Of a DNA stretch of 64,000 nucleotides, positions 16,995 through 26,898 are shown piece after piece. Numbering within the stretch: the stretch's first letter is position 1; each line of letters opens with the position of its first letter. The notes under the pieces are model-generated. The model did not search any database, was not told the origin of the DNA, and worked only from the letters and a program-made list of their open reading frames with translations. The translations under genes were made by a program, and so were the position numbers. Source of the DNA: a virus; the IMG/VR virus record IMGVR_UViG_3300025012_000003. One strand, 5' to 3'.

Positions 16995-18110
16995 TTATAT
17001 TTTCTCCTTTATTGTTTGTCCACATAGAGGACAGGTCTCCATTGAATCCAGTTGTTCTTTTAATTCTATTAGGTTCTTTTGAATCTCTTTCTCCTCTTCA
17101 GACATATCTCTTACTTCTTTTAAAATACTTATTAGGTTTTCACAATCCTTATCAAGTTCTTGATATTGTCTAATGATATTGAAATCAAACTTAGGGTCTT
17201 CTGGAATATCTATAGATAAAGATTTAAATAAATCTACTAACTTATTAGTATCTTTATCCAACTCAGTATATTCGCTGACAATACTAAAATCAAATTCTTT
17301 ATAAAGTACTTCTCTATTCACTATCAATATACAATCTTCTAAGAGACTAACATCCTTATCCAATTCAGTATACTTATTGATAATACTAAAATCAAATTCC
17401 TCTCTTTTAATCTTAGATATATCTGATATGATTCTAAGACATGCTAGAATATTATTACAATCATTATCTAGTCCCTGATATTCTTGAAGCATAAATTGTA
17501 GTTTATCTCTCATAGCCGATAAATCCTTTTCACTATAAGAGTTTATGAAAGAGTTTATTTTACTAAGTCTATCTTCGTTTATAATAAGCTTACTATTCAT
17601 GTCGGCTATCTTACGTTTAGTTTCTGACTCATCTTCTTTTATTTTTTTCATTACAGCCGTGGAGTCGTTTTCATTCATAGCAAAAATGTCTTCAAACAAT
17701 TTATATACTTGAGAGTCCGTTCTATCAAAAGGAAATAAAGAAGACCACTCATCTTGTATATTCACTATACTTCCATCCTCATCAAGATAGAAATCATTGT
17801 CTGGGACTAATTCAAATAAATCTGTCCTTCCTACTTTTTGATGAGCTACCCCATCTATTTCATAAGTAGATTCTTTAGGAGTTCTAGTCCACTTAACTTT
17901 CATTCTGTCTGTCTCTATCTCCACCTCAGCTTTATCTTTCCCATGTTTAATAAAAGATTTAGCTTCGGGAGGATTCTTTAGTAAAGAATAGATAGCTCTT
18001 ATAGTAGATGTCTTTCCAGAGTTAGAAGGTCCTATGATAGCAGTGATGCCAATAGGAAATTCTAATTCCGCTTCAGAAATAAGCTGAAAGTTTTTTATTT
18101 TTAATTTCAT
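16995..18110 (-). CDS. sbcC: SbcC/Rad50/gp46-like ATPase, N-terminal half ending in a Zn hook
   Basis: LKIKNFQ, Walker A GPSNSGKT, coiled coil, terminal CPLCGQ. Confidence 0.85.
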   Translation of the reverse strand: MKLKIKNFQLISEAELEFPIGITAIIGPSNSGKTSTIRAIYSLLKNPPEAKSFIKHGKDKAEVEIETDRMKVKWTRTPKESTYEIDGVAHQKVGRTDLFELVPDNDFYLDEDGSIVNIQDEWSSLFPFDRTDSQVYKLFEDIFAMNENDSTAVMKKIKEDESETKRKIADMNSKLIINEDRLSKINSFINSYSEKDLSAMRDKLQFMLQEYQGLDNDCNNILACLRIISDISKIKREEFDFSIINKYTELDKDVSLLEDCILIVNREVLYKEFDFSIVSEYTELDKDTNKLVDLFKSLSIDIPEDPKFDFNIIRQYQELDKDCENLISILKEVRDMSEEEKEIQKNLIELKEQLDSMETCPLCGQTIKEKI

Positions 18111-18160
18111 ATATCTTTCCTAATTACAATAGTATAATTAATATTATATCACATCTTAAT

Positions 18161-18190
18161 AAAAAAAGCTAGAGGTTTTCTCTAGCTTCT
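18161..18190 (-). terminator. intrinsic terminator
   Basis: AAGCTAGAG-loop-CTCTAGCTT followed by a T run on the minus strand; an extended -10 TGATATAAT follows at 18143-18151. Confidence 0.75.
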
Positions 18191-18207
18191 AAAAATTTTA
18201 ATATAAA

Positions 18208-18432
18208 TTATTCTTCGGGTATCTTTATAAATGGAGTTTCTTTAGCAACCTTAAGAATGTAATCCTTAAGTTCCTGTTCGTCTATTCCTCCATTTAAAGC
18301 TTTCTCTATCATGTAAGATACCAGTAAAGCATCGGCTTGGTCATATACCTCAGCTACTATTTCGTCCACTCCGTCTTTTGTTACAACTAATTTGTAGTTC
18401 TTTTTGAATTGTATTATCCTTACTTTACTCAT
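18208..18432 (-). CDS. hypothetical protein
   Basis: Overlaps the recA stop. Confidence 0.7.
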   Translation of the reverse strand: MSKVRIIQFKKNYKLVVTKDGVDEIVAEVYDQADALLVSYMIEKALNGGIDEQELKDYILKVAKETPFIKIPEE

Positions 18433-19546
18433 CTTCTTCTATTATATCCTCCTCTGTTTTCTCATGTACTAATGTATAAGCTCCGTCATTCTTCAGGAAC
18501 TCATCCAACTCTGCAAAATTATCTTTAACCCATTTGTATAAAGACTTTATACCACAGAGACTCCACTCTCCTCCTGCTGGATTAGGTATAATTTCAGTTT
18601 TCCAATAAGACCCTGCTGACTTAATATACCCCTTACTCTTTAATAAATCAACTAAGAAGTATATATTAGATACTCCCTTAGTAAAAATAAGAGGGAATAC
18701 TATTGGAATCTTAGAAAATCCCTTTCTATTCTTATCTGCCTTAGCAGAGATATAACATCCTACAGGAACATCCTTCTCTCCCTCTAGGGTTACTCTCTTC
18801 TCTAGCATGTCAGCTCCGCCATTCCTACCGCTATCCTTCTTTAAAGATATAATAACGTCTGGCTGATAATGTAAAGCTTTACATCCTGCCGATTTAGTTT
18901 TCTTATCATAAGGACCTTTAGCTTCTATGTTAGCTCTCTCTTGGTTTACTAATAAGGTTGTGATACCCGCTTTCCTTAGTAGCACTCTAAACTTCTGTAA
19001 AAAAGATGTCATAGCCTTAGCTTGTCCACACATCATGGGGTCTATTACTGACCTAGTTAATACAGAATCATCTAACACATTAGTAATACTATCTATAATA
19101 ACTACATCGTAAGCAGGGACATCTTGTTTAACTAATCCCTCTAATATCTTCTCGAGATGCCCCACCGTTTGTAACTCGTCCACAAAATTGAATAGTCCTT
19201 TATCTATAAAGGGTAACATGCCCTGAGACTCAATCATGTTAGCTAAACCAGCTTCAACATCTATGAATAAAACTTTTTTACCATATTGTTCCATGAGTCT
19301 TCTAGCCATGTGTAAGACTAAAGTAGTCTTACCTAATCCTTCTGGGGAATATATCATAATCATATCCCCTTCTCTAATGCCCCCAGATAATAATATATCC
19401 ATTGGTATAATACCTGTAGGAATTACTTCATCCTCTCTAGCTTCAGCATTAACGTATTTCTTTAAGAAGTCATCAAAAGATAACTTCATATTTATTCCTG
19501 CTAAGTCAGTGTCTTCTTTTTTCTTGGCTGGTTTCTTTGGTGCCAT
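18425..19546 (-). CDS. recA: RecA/UvsX-like recombinase
   Basis: IPTG...D.LL.GGI, Walker A SPEGLGKT, FIDVE, VIIDSI, LVNQER, GCKALHY. Confidence 0.92.
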   Translation of the reverse strand: MAPKKPAKKKEDTDLAGINMKLSFDDFLKKYVNAEAREDEVIPTGIIPMDILLSGGIREGDMIMIYSPEGLGKTTLVLHMARRLMEQYGKKVLFIDVEAGLANMIESQGMLPFIDKGLFNFVDELQTVGHLEKILEGLVKQDVPAYDVVIIDSITNVLDDSVLTRSVIDPMMCGQAKAMTSFLQKFRVLLRKAGITTLLVNQERANIEAKGPYDKKTKSAGCKALHYQPDVIISLKKDSGRNGGADMLEKRVTLEGEKDVPVGCYISAKADKNRKGFSKIPIVFPLIFTKGVSNIYFLVDLLKSKGYIKSAGSYWKTEIIPNPAGGEWSLCGIKSLYKWVKDNFAELDEFLKNDGAYTLVHEKTEEDIIEEDE

Positions 19547-19566
19547 CTTATATATCCTCCCGTTAG

Positions 19567-20118
19567 TTACGATACACTTGTTGCGAAGTCTATAGCCATC
19601 TGCTTACAATCTTCTAATGTGTTGGCTATCCATTCCCCTCTTCCTCTTTTATAACAAGGACAATTATCTTCATTACATTCTATTCTAGTATCTCTACACA
19701 ATAATCTACTTGTTCCATCATCTATACCATAATCTTCTACTAAATCAGAACAAGCTCCCCAAACACTTCCGTATCTATAATCTTCAAAATTATCTGGTAC
19801 GTAGTGAGCATCACCTTTCTTACAAGTGGAACCTATCCCAAATCCAAAGATAGCCCGATGACTCCAACCGTACCACTTTTGTTCTTTAGTAGAGAAACCA
19901 ATACTACAAACTTTGTTCTCTGGCTTAGATGTTTGAAATTCAGAATCTATAGAATACTTTTCCATCCTAATAGATAACTCTACAGCATCATCTATGTACT
20001 TACCTTCTTTGTTGTAAGCCCATACCATTATAATATCCTTGCATCCTTCTACGGAACATTTAACTAATCGGATATCAAAGTTATCAAATTCTATTATTCT
20101 TATTAATTCTTCTTCCAT
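19567..20118 (-). CDS. conserved phage hypothetical protein
   Basis: CSIGFS...QKWYGWSHRAI.GFGIG motif. Confidence 0.75.
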   Translation of the reverse strand: MEEELIRIIEFDNFDIRLVKCSVEGCKDIIMVWAYNKEGKYIDDAVELSIRMEKYSIDSEFQTSKPENKVCSIGFSTKEQKWYGWSHRAIFGFGIGSTCKKGDAHYVPDNFEDYRYGSVWGACSDLVEDYGIDDGTSRLLCRDTRIECNEDNCPCYKRGRGEWIANTLEDCKQMAIDFATSVS

Positions 20119-20618
20119 ACATATTGTTCCCCATAATGAGCCAGAAGCAATGCTTCTGCCTTACCATCATCTTTTCTAAGTTTAATATACTTGGATGATT
20201 CAGGATATAATTTTAATACGGTATCTATTGATTTATATTTATCGTGGTCTAACACCATCTTTGCTTTCCACACGGAAGAACGAACTTCGTGGTACTCTAT
20301 GTTCAAACTAGAAAGTACCCCTAGGTATGCTCCATAACCTTCTGCATATACGAAGACCGAAGATACCCCCTGTTTTGGCATTGCTTGACTATGCTCTATA
20401 ACACACTTAGCCTTACCACGATACTTCTCAAGAGCCAAGTAGATACCTCTAGGGTCTACTCTAGTCTTTGTCTCTGGAACTCTTTTCATATTAACCACTT
20501 TAGTTTTACCAGTTTTAATCTCCAACAAAGGGCAACTGATAATCTCTACCAGTTTCCCTTTATTAGTGATAGCCATACTTCCAGTAAAGCCTGGGTCGAT
20601 ACCAATAAGATAAGTCAT
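20103..20618 (-). CDS. ruvC: RuvC-like Holliday junction resolvase
   Basis: LIGIDPG, VIE, WK, DGKAEALL. Confidence 0.85.
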   Translation of the reverse strand: MTYLIGIDPGFTGSMAITNKGKLVEIISCPLLEIKTGKTKVVNMKRVPETKTRVDPRGIYLALEKYRGKAKCVIEHSQAMPKQGVSSVFVYAEGYGAYLGVLSSLNIEYHEVRSSVWKAKMVLDHDKYKSIDTVLKLYPESSKYIKLRKDDGKAEALLLAHYGEQYVWKKN

Positions 20619-20624
20619 ATAATC

Positions 20625-21563
20625 CTATTCAGTATAAAAATCATCTACGTCTTGAATAATCTCAGACAAGTCAAGACCCTCTAGCTCAGTAGAGCTAGGT
20701 AATTGTATTGTTTGTACGGGTGCCTGTACTGGAGTAACCACTGGGGCTGGTTGTGGTAGTGGGGCTAGACTTACAGGAGGAACTACTACCTGTTGTGGAG
20801 GTAGGGATAATCCTACAACTCCAGCTACCGTTTGTTGTTGCTGTACTTGAGGTTGAGCCACTGGTTGGGGTAATGCTTCTAGCTGAGGAGATGCTAAAGT
20901 CTCCTGAGACTTAGAAACATTTTGTAAGATAGCATTTTTTAATTTGTCCCCATTTAAATCTTTACCTAAAGAAGGTCTAATTAATTCTCTATAACTAATC
21001 AAAAAGTTCTTAGCCTGTTCTACTAATTGAGGATTCTTTGTTATATCAAATCCTCCTTTAACTTTAATCTTAGGAGAAACTCTTTTAAACCTACCTTCTC
21101 CTTCCGAAGTTCCTTTAATACGAAGTATTTTAGAAGGAATAGTAATTGGGTCTACTTCACTATCTTCAAATTCATCGAGTAATGCTTTGTAATCTTTTTC
21201 TGTTAATTCTAATCTTACAAAAGATACAGGTAACTGAAAGTTATTTTTATCTACTGTGGTAAAAACCATTGCAGGTAACACATACTTACTAGACGGATAA
21301 GACTTTGTGGTTTCTTCACTTAATACTTCTTGACTTATCAAGTCTTCTAACACTTTGCAACAATCTCCCTTGATACGTATTCCATCATCATCGGTTGATG
21401 AAGTACAATGAATAGAGCCAACTCCCTTTACAAAGTGTGTCTTAGGATTCAAAAAGAAATCTTCGTCTACACTAAGTATGTTCACAAATTTAATTTCATC
21501 GTCCACCAAAGTCATCTTCTTAATAATGTTAGATTGTTTTGGTGCTTCTCCAAATTTTACCAT
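20625..21563 (-). CDS. single-stranded DNA-binding protein (gp32-like)
   Basis: H...C...C..C Zn-like N-domain, OB-type core, Pro/Gln linker and acidic tail ending DDFYTE; next to recA and ruvC. Confidence 0.65.
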   Translation of the reverse strand: MVKFGEAPKQSNIIKKMTLVDDEIKFVNILSVDEDFFLNPKTHFVKGVGSIHCTSSTDDDGIRIKGDCCKVLEDLISQEVLSEETTKSYPSSKYVLPAMVFTTVDKNNFQLPVSFVRLELTEKDYKALLDEFEDSEVDPITIPSKILRIKGTSEGEGRFKRVSPKIKVKGGFDITKNPQLVEQAKNFLISYRELIRPSLGKDLNGDKLKNAILQNVSKSQETLASPQLEALPQPVAQPQVQQQQTVAGVVGLSLPPQQVVVPPVSLAPLPQPAPVVTPVQAPVQTIQLPSSTELEGLDLSEIIQDVDDFYTE

Positions 21564-21568
21564 TCTGT

Positions 21569-21892
21569 TTAATCCTCCTCAGAATTTAATAACTCTACTA
21601 TGCTCGGTAAAAATATATCGTTAAATATTTTATTACTGGCTTTGTCTGTCATCCGTAATGATTTACTTTTAGGTATATAGTCATCACAGATATTTATTTC
21701 TATGTTTCCTTTAACTAAAGAAGCACTTATCTTCTTATACTTAGATAAATATAATCTATCTGTACCCTTACAAGCCTTCTTCATATTCTTCAAAATTATG
21801 TACAATAATAAGTGAACGTCTCTTTGATTTAAGTATATTCCTAATTCTGACAAATCTTTACATATACTTTCATGTAAATCTTTAGCTTTCAA
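21569..21892 (-). CDS. hypothetical basic protein (possibly HU-like)
   Basis: Helix-helix-beta pattern; weak resemblance only. Confidence 0.5.
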   Translation of the reverse strand: MKAKDLHESICKDLSELGIYLNQRDVHLLLYIILKNMKKACKGTDRLYLSKYKKISASLVKGNIEINICDDYIPKSKSLRMTDKASNKIFNDIFLPSIVELLNSEED

Positions 21893-21910
21893 GATTAAAA
21901 CCTCTTTTAA

Positions 21911-22312
21911 CTAATGGGGTCTAAAACAATCAGGATTTGCCATTTGTTTTATTTTAAGTAAATCTGCTAAGGTTCTAGCTCTCTGAGAAAAAGTATATAC
22001 ATGATTCTTATATTCCTCTAACATGGAATTAACTTCCTCATAGGCTTTCTTAGATTGAAGTTGTTCAGATACTGTACCTCCCTTTTTTACTTTATCCTTA
22101 ATGAGACTAGATAAGTTATATAGAATAGAAACAATATAACTAGCATTATATTGTAATTCTAAACTAACATTTATCCTACCCTCGTACTCCTTTATGGATA
22201 GATTCAAATTTTCTAAATCCTCTATGTTATCTGCTAACATAGTTTTAAATACATTTATACTATTACCTAGGTCTGTTCTTAACCTAGATATACCTTCCCA
22301 GCTCATTCGCAA
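21911..22312 (-). CDS. helical protein (possible UvsY-like mediator)
   Basis: Size, helicity and position near ssb/recA only. Confidence 0.4.
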   Translation of the reverse strand: MRMSWEGISRLRTDLGNSINVFKTMLADNIEDLENLNLSIKEYEGRINVSLELQYNASYIVSILYNLSSLIKDKVKKGGTVSEQLQSKKAYEEVNSMLEEYKNHVYTFSQRARTLADLLKIKQMANPDCFRPH

Positions 22313-22743
22313 ATCTCCTTCAAAAATTTAACCCTGCTTAAATCTTCTTCTCCTAAACCTTGGTAAGCAAGTATCAAGGAATAATATCTGTTCTTTAACT
22401 CTTTACTTCTAGTAGAAGATATTATAGATAATATAATTCCCACATCCAACTTAGATACGATAAGTAAATTATTTAGATTAAGACACTCCAAGTTATTCAT
22501 TATAAATTCTTTACTAAGACTGCCGTTGGTTGATACCCCATCCCAAGATATCTTATCTCTAAAACAATCTATAAACTTCTCAGGTAAGTTAGGTAAATAA
22601 GATATTTCTAACCAAGAGTGTTCCCCAAATTTATGCTCAACTTCTAGCAAAACATCTTCTTTGGATTGAATACCCAACATATAATTATTTATTAATGAAC
22701 TATACTTATTAGAAATATTTACTATGTTCACAATAAAACCCAT
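22303..22743 (-). CDS. hypothetical protein with Trp-type repeats
   Basis: LPEKFIDCFRDKISWDGVS...LSKEFI pattern. Confidence 0.65.
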   Translation of the reverse strand: MGFIVNIVNISNKYSSLINNYMLGIQSKEDVLLEVEHKFGEHSWLEISYLPNLPEKFIDCFRDKISWDGVSTNGSLSKEFIMNNLECLNLNNLLIVSKLDVGIILSIISSTRSKELKNRYYSLILAYQGLGEEDLSRVKFLKEICE

Positions 22744-22754
22744 CCTTATAATAC

Positions 22755-22783
22755 ATTATATCATTAGTGTAAAGAAATGTCAA
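22755..22783 (-). promoter_or_regulatory. consensus sigma70 promoter TTGACA-17-TATAAT (extended -10)
   Basis: Perfect hexamers and spacing. Confidence 0.88.
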
Positions 22784-22790
22784 GTGTCCT

Positions 22791-24050
22791 CTAAAGTATC
22801 TGGGAATCAATAAATTCTCGAGTAATTATACAGTCGTCAGGTTTCTTGTCAATGCGGAAATTCCAATCAATAGCTCTACAGTGGGACATTCTATTATTCT
22901 TTGAGCTAAAGTCCTGACCCTCACAAGCTAATACTAATCCTAAGTATTCAGGATTTAGTGTGGGATTTCCATCATTATCTAATATTGTCATCTTTCTTCT
23001 TAAAGAATCTGTTATACCAGATATAGTTCCAATCCATTGTTCAGTTAATAATTCATCTTCTTCCTCAACATAACAAGAAACTTTAATGCCCCCTATTAGA
23101 TTCTGTACTGCTAATGCTGAATTCTTTTTAGGAAAGATAGAACCAGAAATAAAACAATCTATATCTTCATTTTTACTTCCTGTTAGGGTTCTCTTCATCT
23201 TAACTTGAACATGTCTCTTACGTGAAGTAGTAGCATAGTATTGTTCATTTAAATTCTTTAATACTAATCCTTCTCCGCCATTAGCTACTATCCTATCAAA
23301 GAACTCTTGTTTATTTATTATAGTACTTTCGGGTAATTCAAAAGGAGTTATCCCGTCAATTTTTTTCATAAAGCTAGTTAATAGTTGTCTGCGTTGTCTG
23401 AGTGTTTTAATCTTTAAGTCTTGATTATCAAACTCCAACATATCAAATACACAAAACTTTAAAGGATTACCATCCATCTGAATTTCTACTGCTCTCTCCG
23501 CATGGGAACCCAATATAGAAACAGTAGCATTAAGCTCTGTAGCAGAGAATGTTCCTCCCCTAGAAGTAGTATCAAGGGTTTTATTAAATACAAGAACTTC
23601 TGCATCCAGTATAAAAGATTGTTTGAACATTCCCCTATAACTCTGGGGAGTTCTAACTCTTCCATCTTTAGTTATTAATAATATCTTTTCCGTATAACAA
23701 TTAGGCAGGAAAGTTATATCTGATATATCCCTAGAGAAAAATTCAAATCCCCAATCTGGATGATAAGTTATGATACATCTTAATCCATCAATCTTGACTT
23801 CTCCTAACCAATCCTCGGATGTCAAGATATTTTTTTGTTCTTCTGGTTTAAGTTCCTTAAAAGAAAAACATAATTGAGGAGTATGTAATTCAAACAATCT
23901 TTTATACATACCCCATGTTTGAACTTTAGGATATTTATTATAATAATCTATTCCCAATATACGTTCTAATTCTTTATTAGTAGTCTTAGGATTAGATGGT
24001 ACGGGTATCCCCCGTACCTTGAAGTGCTGTAGTATTTCCTCCTTTTTCAT
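22791..24050 (-). CDS. lig: ATP-dependent DNA ligase
   Basis: EVKIDGLR (KxDG), LDAEV, FDML, EGLVLK, KMK. Confidence 0.9.
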   Translation of the reverse strand: MKKEEILQHFKVRGIPVPSNPKTTNKELERILGIDYYNKYPKVQTWGMYKRLFELHTPQLCFSFKELKPEEQKNILTSEDWLGEVKIDGLRCIITYHPDWGFEFFSRDISDITFLPNCYTEKILLITKDGRVRTPQSYRGMFKQSFILDAEVLVFNKTLDTTSRGGTFSATELNATVSILGSHAERAVEIQMDGNPLKFCVFDMLEFDNQDLKIKTLRQRRQLLTSFMKKIDGITPFELPESTIINKQEFFDRIVANGGEGLVLKNLNEQYYATTSRKRHVQVKMKRTLTGSKNEDIDCFISGSIFPKKNSALAVQNLIGGIKVSCYVEEEDELLTEQWIGTISGITDSLRRKMTILDNDGNPTLNPEYLGLVLACEGQDFSSKNNRMSHCRAIDWNFRIDKKPDDCIITREFIDSQIL

Positions 24051-24062
24051 AATCCCTCTCCG

Positions 24063-24872
24063 TTAATCTGGAGTATCTTCTTGTGAACTCTCTTCTGGAT
24101 TTATTAACTTATCGAGTTTCTTTTTAATACGTTTGTCTCGCTTAAGTTCTTTCTTTTCTTCTAGTTCCCTTTTTGTTTGTTCTTCTAAAGCTATTCTAGC
24201 TTCTTCTACTAAAGCTTCTTGTTCTCTTTGTTTCTTACTCTTTCTTTTCTTTTTTGGTTTATCTTCTTCTATCTCTTCGTCTTCTAAATCTTTTAAAGAA
24301 TCTGCCGTAACAGCATCCTCGTCGTTGGTCATGATATAAACATCTTCATTTACGGATACAACATATTTACTTGTTTTCTGAATAGCTTTAAGTATCTTTT
24401 CAGCGGGCGATAGTTTAGTATCTTGTAGAGATTCTAGGATAGCTTGAGAATGGTATTCCCCAGAACCTATGCAAACAAAATTATCAGCGGGTTCTAATAT
24501 AGATAGGTCTGCTTGAACCACAAATAACTTATTCTCTATGCCTACAATGAGTTCACTTCCCCCACCCATTACTTCTACACCATTCACATCTATAAGAAAC
24601 TTTTCTTGTCTTAGACAATTAAGAAGAGAATCGTAAAAAGAATTATAAACATACTCATAAATATCTTGGTCAACAAATCTGGGGACTACGGCTAACTTAT
24701 GAGTCAGTATCTGTATCATCCTAAAACTTCCACAGACTCCTATAATGAAATCTCCTACTTGAAAAACCTTTCTTGGATAGTTTATCTTAGTACCAGTAAA
24801 ACTATTAGAACCAAAACTATCAGTTCCTAAATAAACATATTCCTCAGTTTTTATCCCAACTATACAAGTCAT
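24063..24872 (-). CDS. HslV/proteasome-beta-like Ntn threonine protease with charged C-tail
   Basis: N-terminal (M)TCIVG, TDS, RKVF, IGSG. Confidence 0.8.
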   Translation of the reverse strand: MTCIVGIKTEEYVYLGTDSFGSNSFTGTKINYPRKVFQVGDFIIGVCGSFRMIQILTHKLAVVPRFVDQDIYEYVYNSFYDSLLNCLRQEKFLIDVNGVEVMGGGSELIVGIENKLFVVQADLSILEPADNFVCIGSGEYHSQAILESLQDTKLSPAEKILKAIQKTSKYVVSVNEDVYIMTNDEDAVTADSLKDLEDEEIEEDKPKKKRKSKKQREQEALVEEARIALEEQTKRELEEKKELKRDKRIKKKLDKLINPEESSQEDTPD

Positions 24873-25456
24873 GAAAAATCCCCCACTGAACTATTATAAC
24901 CTACAATCTTATTGAAAACATCAAATAGATTTTTAATATTCTCTGTCTTAGATTCTATATCTTTTGAATCATAGTATAACGAAAACTTTTTACATAGGGT
25001 AGCAAACTTATAATCTACATAAGAATCCCTAGTAGAATTCTCTATCAAAGGAGCTATATAAAGTAAATCATACCCTCCAAATTTAATATAGTTATATAAA
25101 TTATACTCTGTATATAGTTTTATAAAATTATTAATAAACTCTAAATCAAATTTAATATTATGTCCCACTACGGTCAATTTATCTTTTCCCTTATTAGTAA
25201 CTTCTTTAAGAGTTGAGATAAAATTATAGCAAGCCTCCTCTGGATTTCCATAACCCCTAAGAGTATCTATGTCTAACCCATTAAAATCTAAAGCTTCCTT
25301 AGCTATAGTGGAAGGAAGTCTTCCCCGTCTAGGTTTAACATGAAATGTATTCTGGTCTACTATAGCATTATTATGTTCTATTCTATAAGATAATTTTATT
25401 ATATCATCATATTCAGGATTTAACCCAGTAGTAGCCGTGGATAAAAACAGATACAT
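24869..25456 (-). CDS. DnaQ-like DEDDh exonuclease fold, probably inactive
   Basis: FLSTATTGL replaces FLDTETTGL; GHNIKFD retained; no ExoIII HxxxxD. Confidence 0.75.
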   Translation of the reverse strand: MYLFLSTATTGLNPEYDDIIKLSYRIEHNNAIVDQNTFHVKPRRGRLPSTIAKEALDFNGLDIDTLRGYGNPEEACYNFISTLKEVTNKGKDKLTVVGHNIKFDLEFINNFIKLYTEYNLYNYIKFGGYDLLYIAPLIENSTRDSYVDYKFATLCKKFSLYYDSKDIESKTENIKNLFDVFNKIVGYNSSVGDFS

Positions 25457-25484
25457 CCCTTCTCCTTTATATCATTCTTAATCC

Positions 25485-25513
25485 ATTATATCACAACATA
25501 GGTGATATGTCAA
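25485..25513 (-). promoter_or_regulatory. consensus sigma70 promoter TTGACA-17-TATAAT (extended -10)
   Basis: Perfect hexamers and spacing. Confidence 0.85.
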
Positions 25514-25519
25514 TCTAAA

Positions 25520-26857
25520 TTATACAACAATTTTAATTATGGTCTTATTAGAACAAAGTTTATCATGGCTCTTAGCATTATAAGCTTCTATCTCTGTAGT
25601 AACATCATAGCCTACAACATCTTCGTAATTTTGCAAGTCCACCTTAATTATATCTCTATTCTTATTCTTATAAAAGATTCCTATATTCTGAGAAGCTCTT
25701 CCCGATAATTGTAACCCCCTGTCAGAATAAGCGTTTTGACCACACATACTAGCTGACCTACTATAATTATCGGATACACAAGCTTCGTGTAAATGTCCAC
25801 TAAGTACATAGTCTATAAAAATTCCATCGTAAGCATACTTGGCTACAGCCTTCTTAATTCCATTAGCTAAGTCTGATTTAAATTGGTGCCCGTGAATTAA
25901 TAGAACGTTATTTCCAGCAACATCTATAACTTGTTCTAGGGGGTCTTCTAAATGGAAAGACACTGAAGAAGAACCCATGAATCTAGCATTTAACATATTG
26001 TACAACATTAAGTCATAGTTGTCTGAAGCTATAATATCTGTCCATGCAATATCTTTAGCCATACGAGTTTCATTACCTGTTACTCCACAAAAAGTAATCT
26101 TAAAATCCTTATTCAAGTCAAGTATGAACTGTGATAATAAACTTGTAGCAAGTAAGCAAGCTTTCATTCTATTAGTAGCATTGTTCAATAGTTTATCAAG
26201 AATATCATCTTTGTTAAGTAAATCCCCAGTAGAACAGATAGCAACACTCTTAATACCGTTTAATTTAAAATAACTAACTGCTCTTTCTGCTAACAACTTC
26301 AATCTCTTAGAAGCAATATGAAAGTCATATTTGTTATTTTTTAAATTAATTAACTCGTTGAAATGCAAATCAGATAGTTGAATGATACCCATACAATCAG
26401 AACTTACATTGGTATGTTTAATAGTTTTCTCAGATAACTTAATACTTTTTAATAACTGTATTAATTCTAAGTTAGATTCCTCTAACGCATTAGTTAATCT
26501 ATCCTCGTGTCTAATCCCCTTACGTTCTATTCTATTAATGTCTTGAAGTTTTTGAACCTTACGTCTTAATTGTATATTAGCAATTAAAACATCTTCATCT
26601 ACTTCCTTCTCTATGTCTTCTTTTAATTCTTGTTGTTTTTTCTTAGATAAATCAGAGGGGTATATTCCAGACTTAGATAATTCTAAAACTAACTTATCTC
26701 TGTATTCAGAACTAAAGAACATGTTAATATCATTAGTCGTATACTCATTAGATATCTCTCTTATCCTTTTTCTCCAGTAACTTCTTCCCCTGTATTTACC
26801 TTCTGAGATACACCCTTGATACAATAACTCAAAAAGATTTTCAAATTTTTCCATCAT
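25520..26857 (-). CDS. calcineurin-like metallophosphoesterase with helical N-region
   Basis: SDLH, TGD, GNE(T), HGH, GHLH. Confidence 0.8.
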   Translation of the reverse strand: MMEKFENLFELLYQGCISEGKYRGRSYWRKRIREISNEYTTNDINMFFSSEYRDKLVLELSKSGIYPSDLSKKKQQELKEDIEKEVDEDVLIANIQLRRKVQKLQDINRIERKGIRHEDRLTNALEESNLELIQLLKSIKLSEKTIKHTNVSSDCMGIIQLSDLHFNELINLKNNKYDFHIASKRLKLLAERAVSYFKLNGIKSVAICSTGDLLNKDDILDKLLNNATNRMKACLLATSLLSQFILDLNKDFKITFCGVTGNETRMAKDIAWTDIIASDNYDLMLYNMLNARFMGSSSVSFHLEDPLEQVIDVAGNNVLLIHGHQFKSDLANGIKKAVAKYAYDGIFIDYVLSGHLHEACVSDNYSRSASMCGQNAYSDRGLQLSGRASQNIGIFYKNKNRDIIKVDLQNYEDVVGYDVTTEIEAYNAKSHDKLCSNKTIIKIVV

Positions 26858-26898
26858 CTTCCCTCTTCTATTTTATCTATATATAATATAACTTAAGA

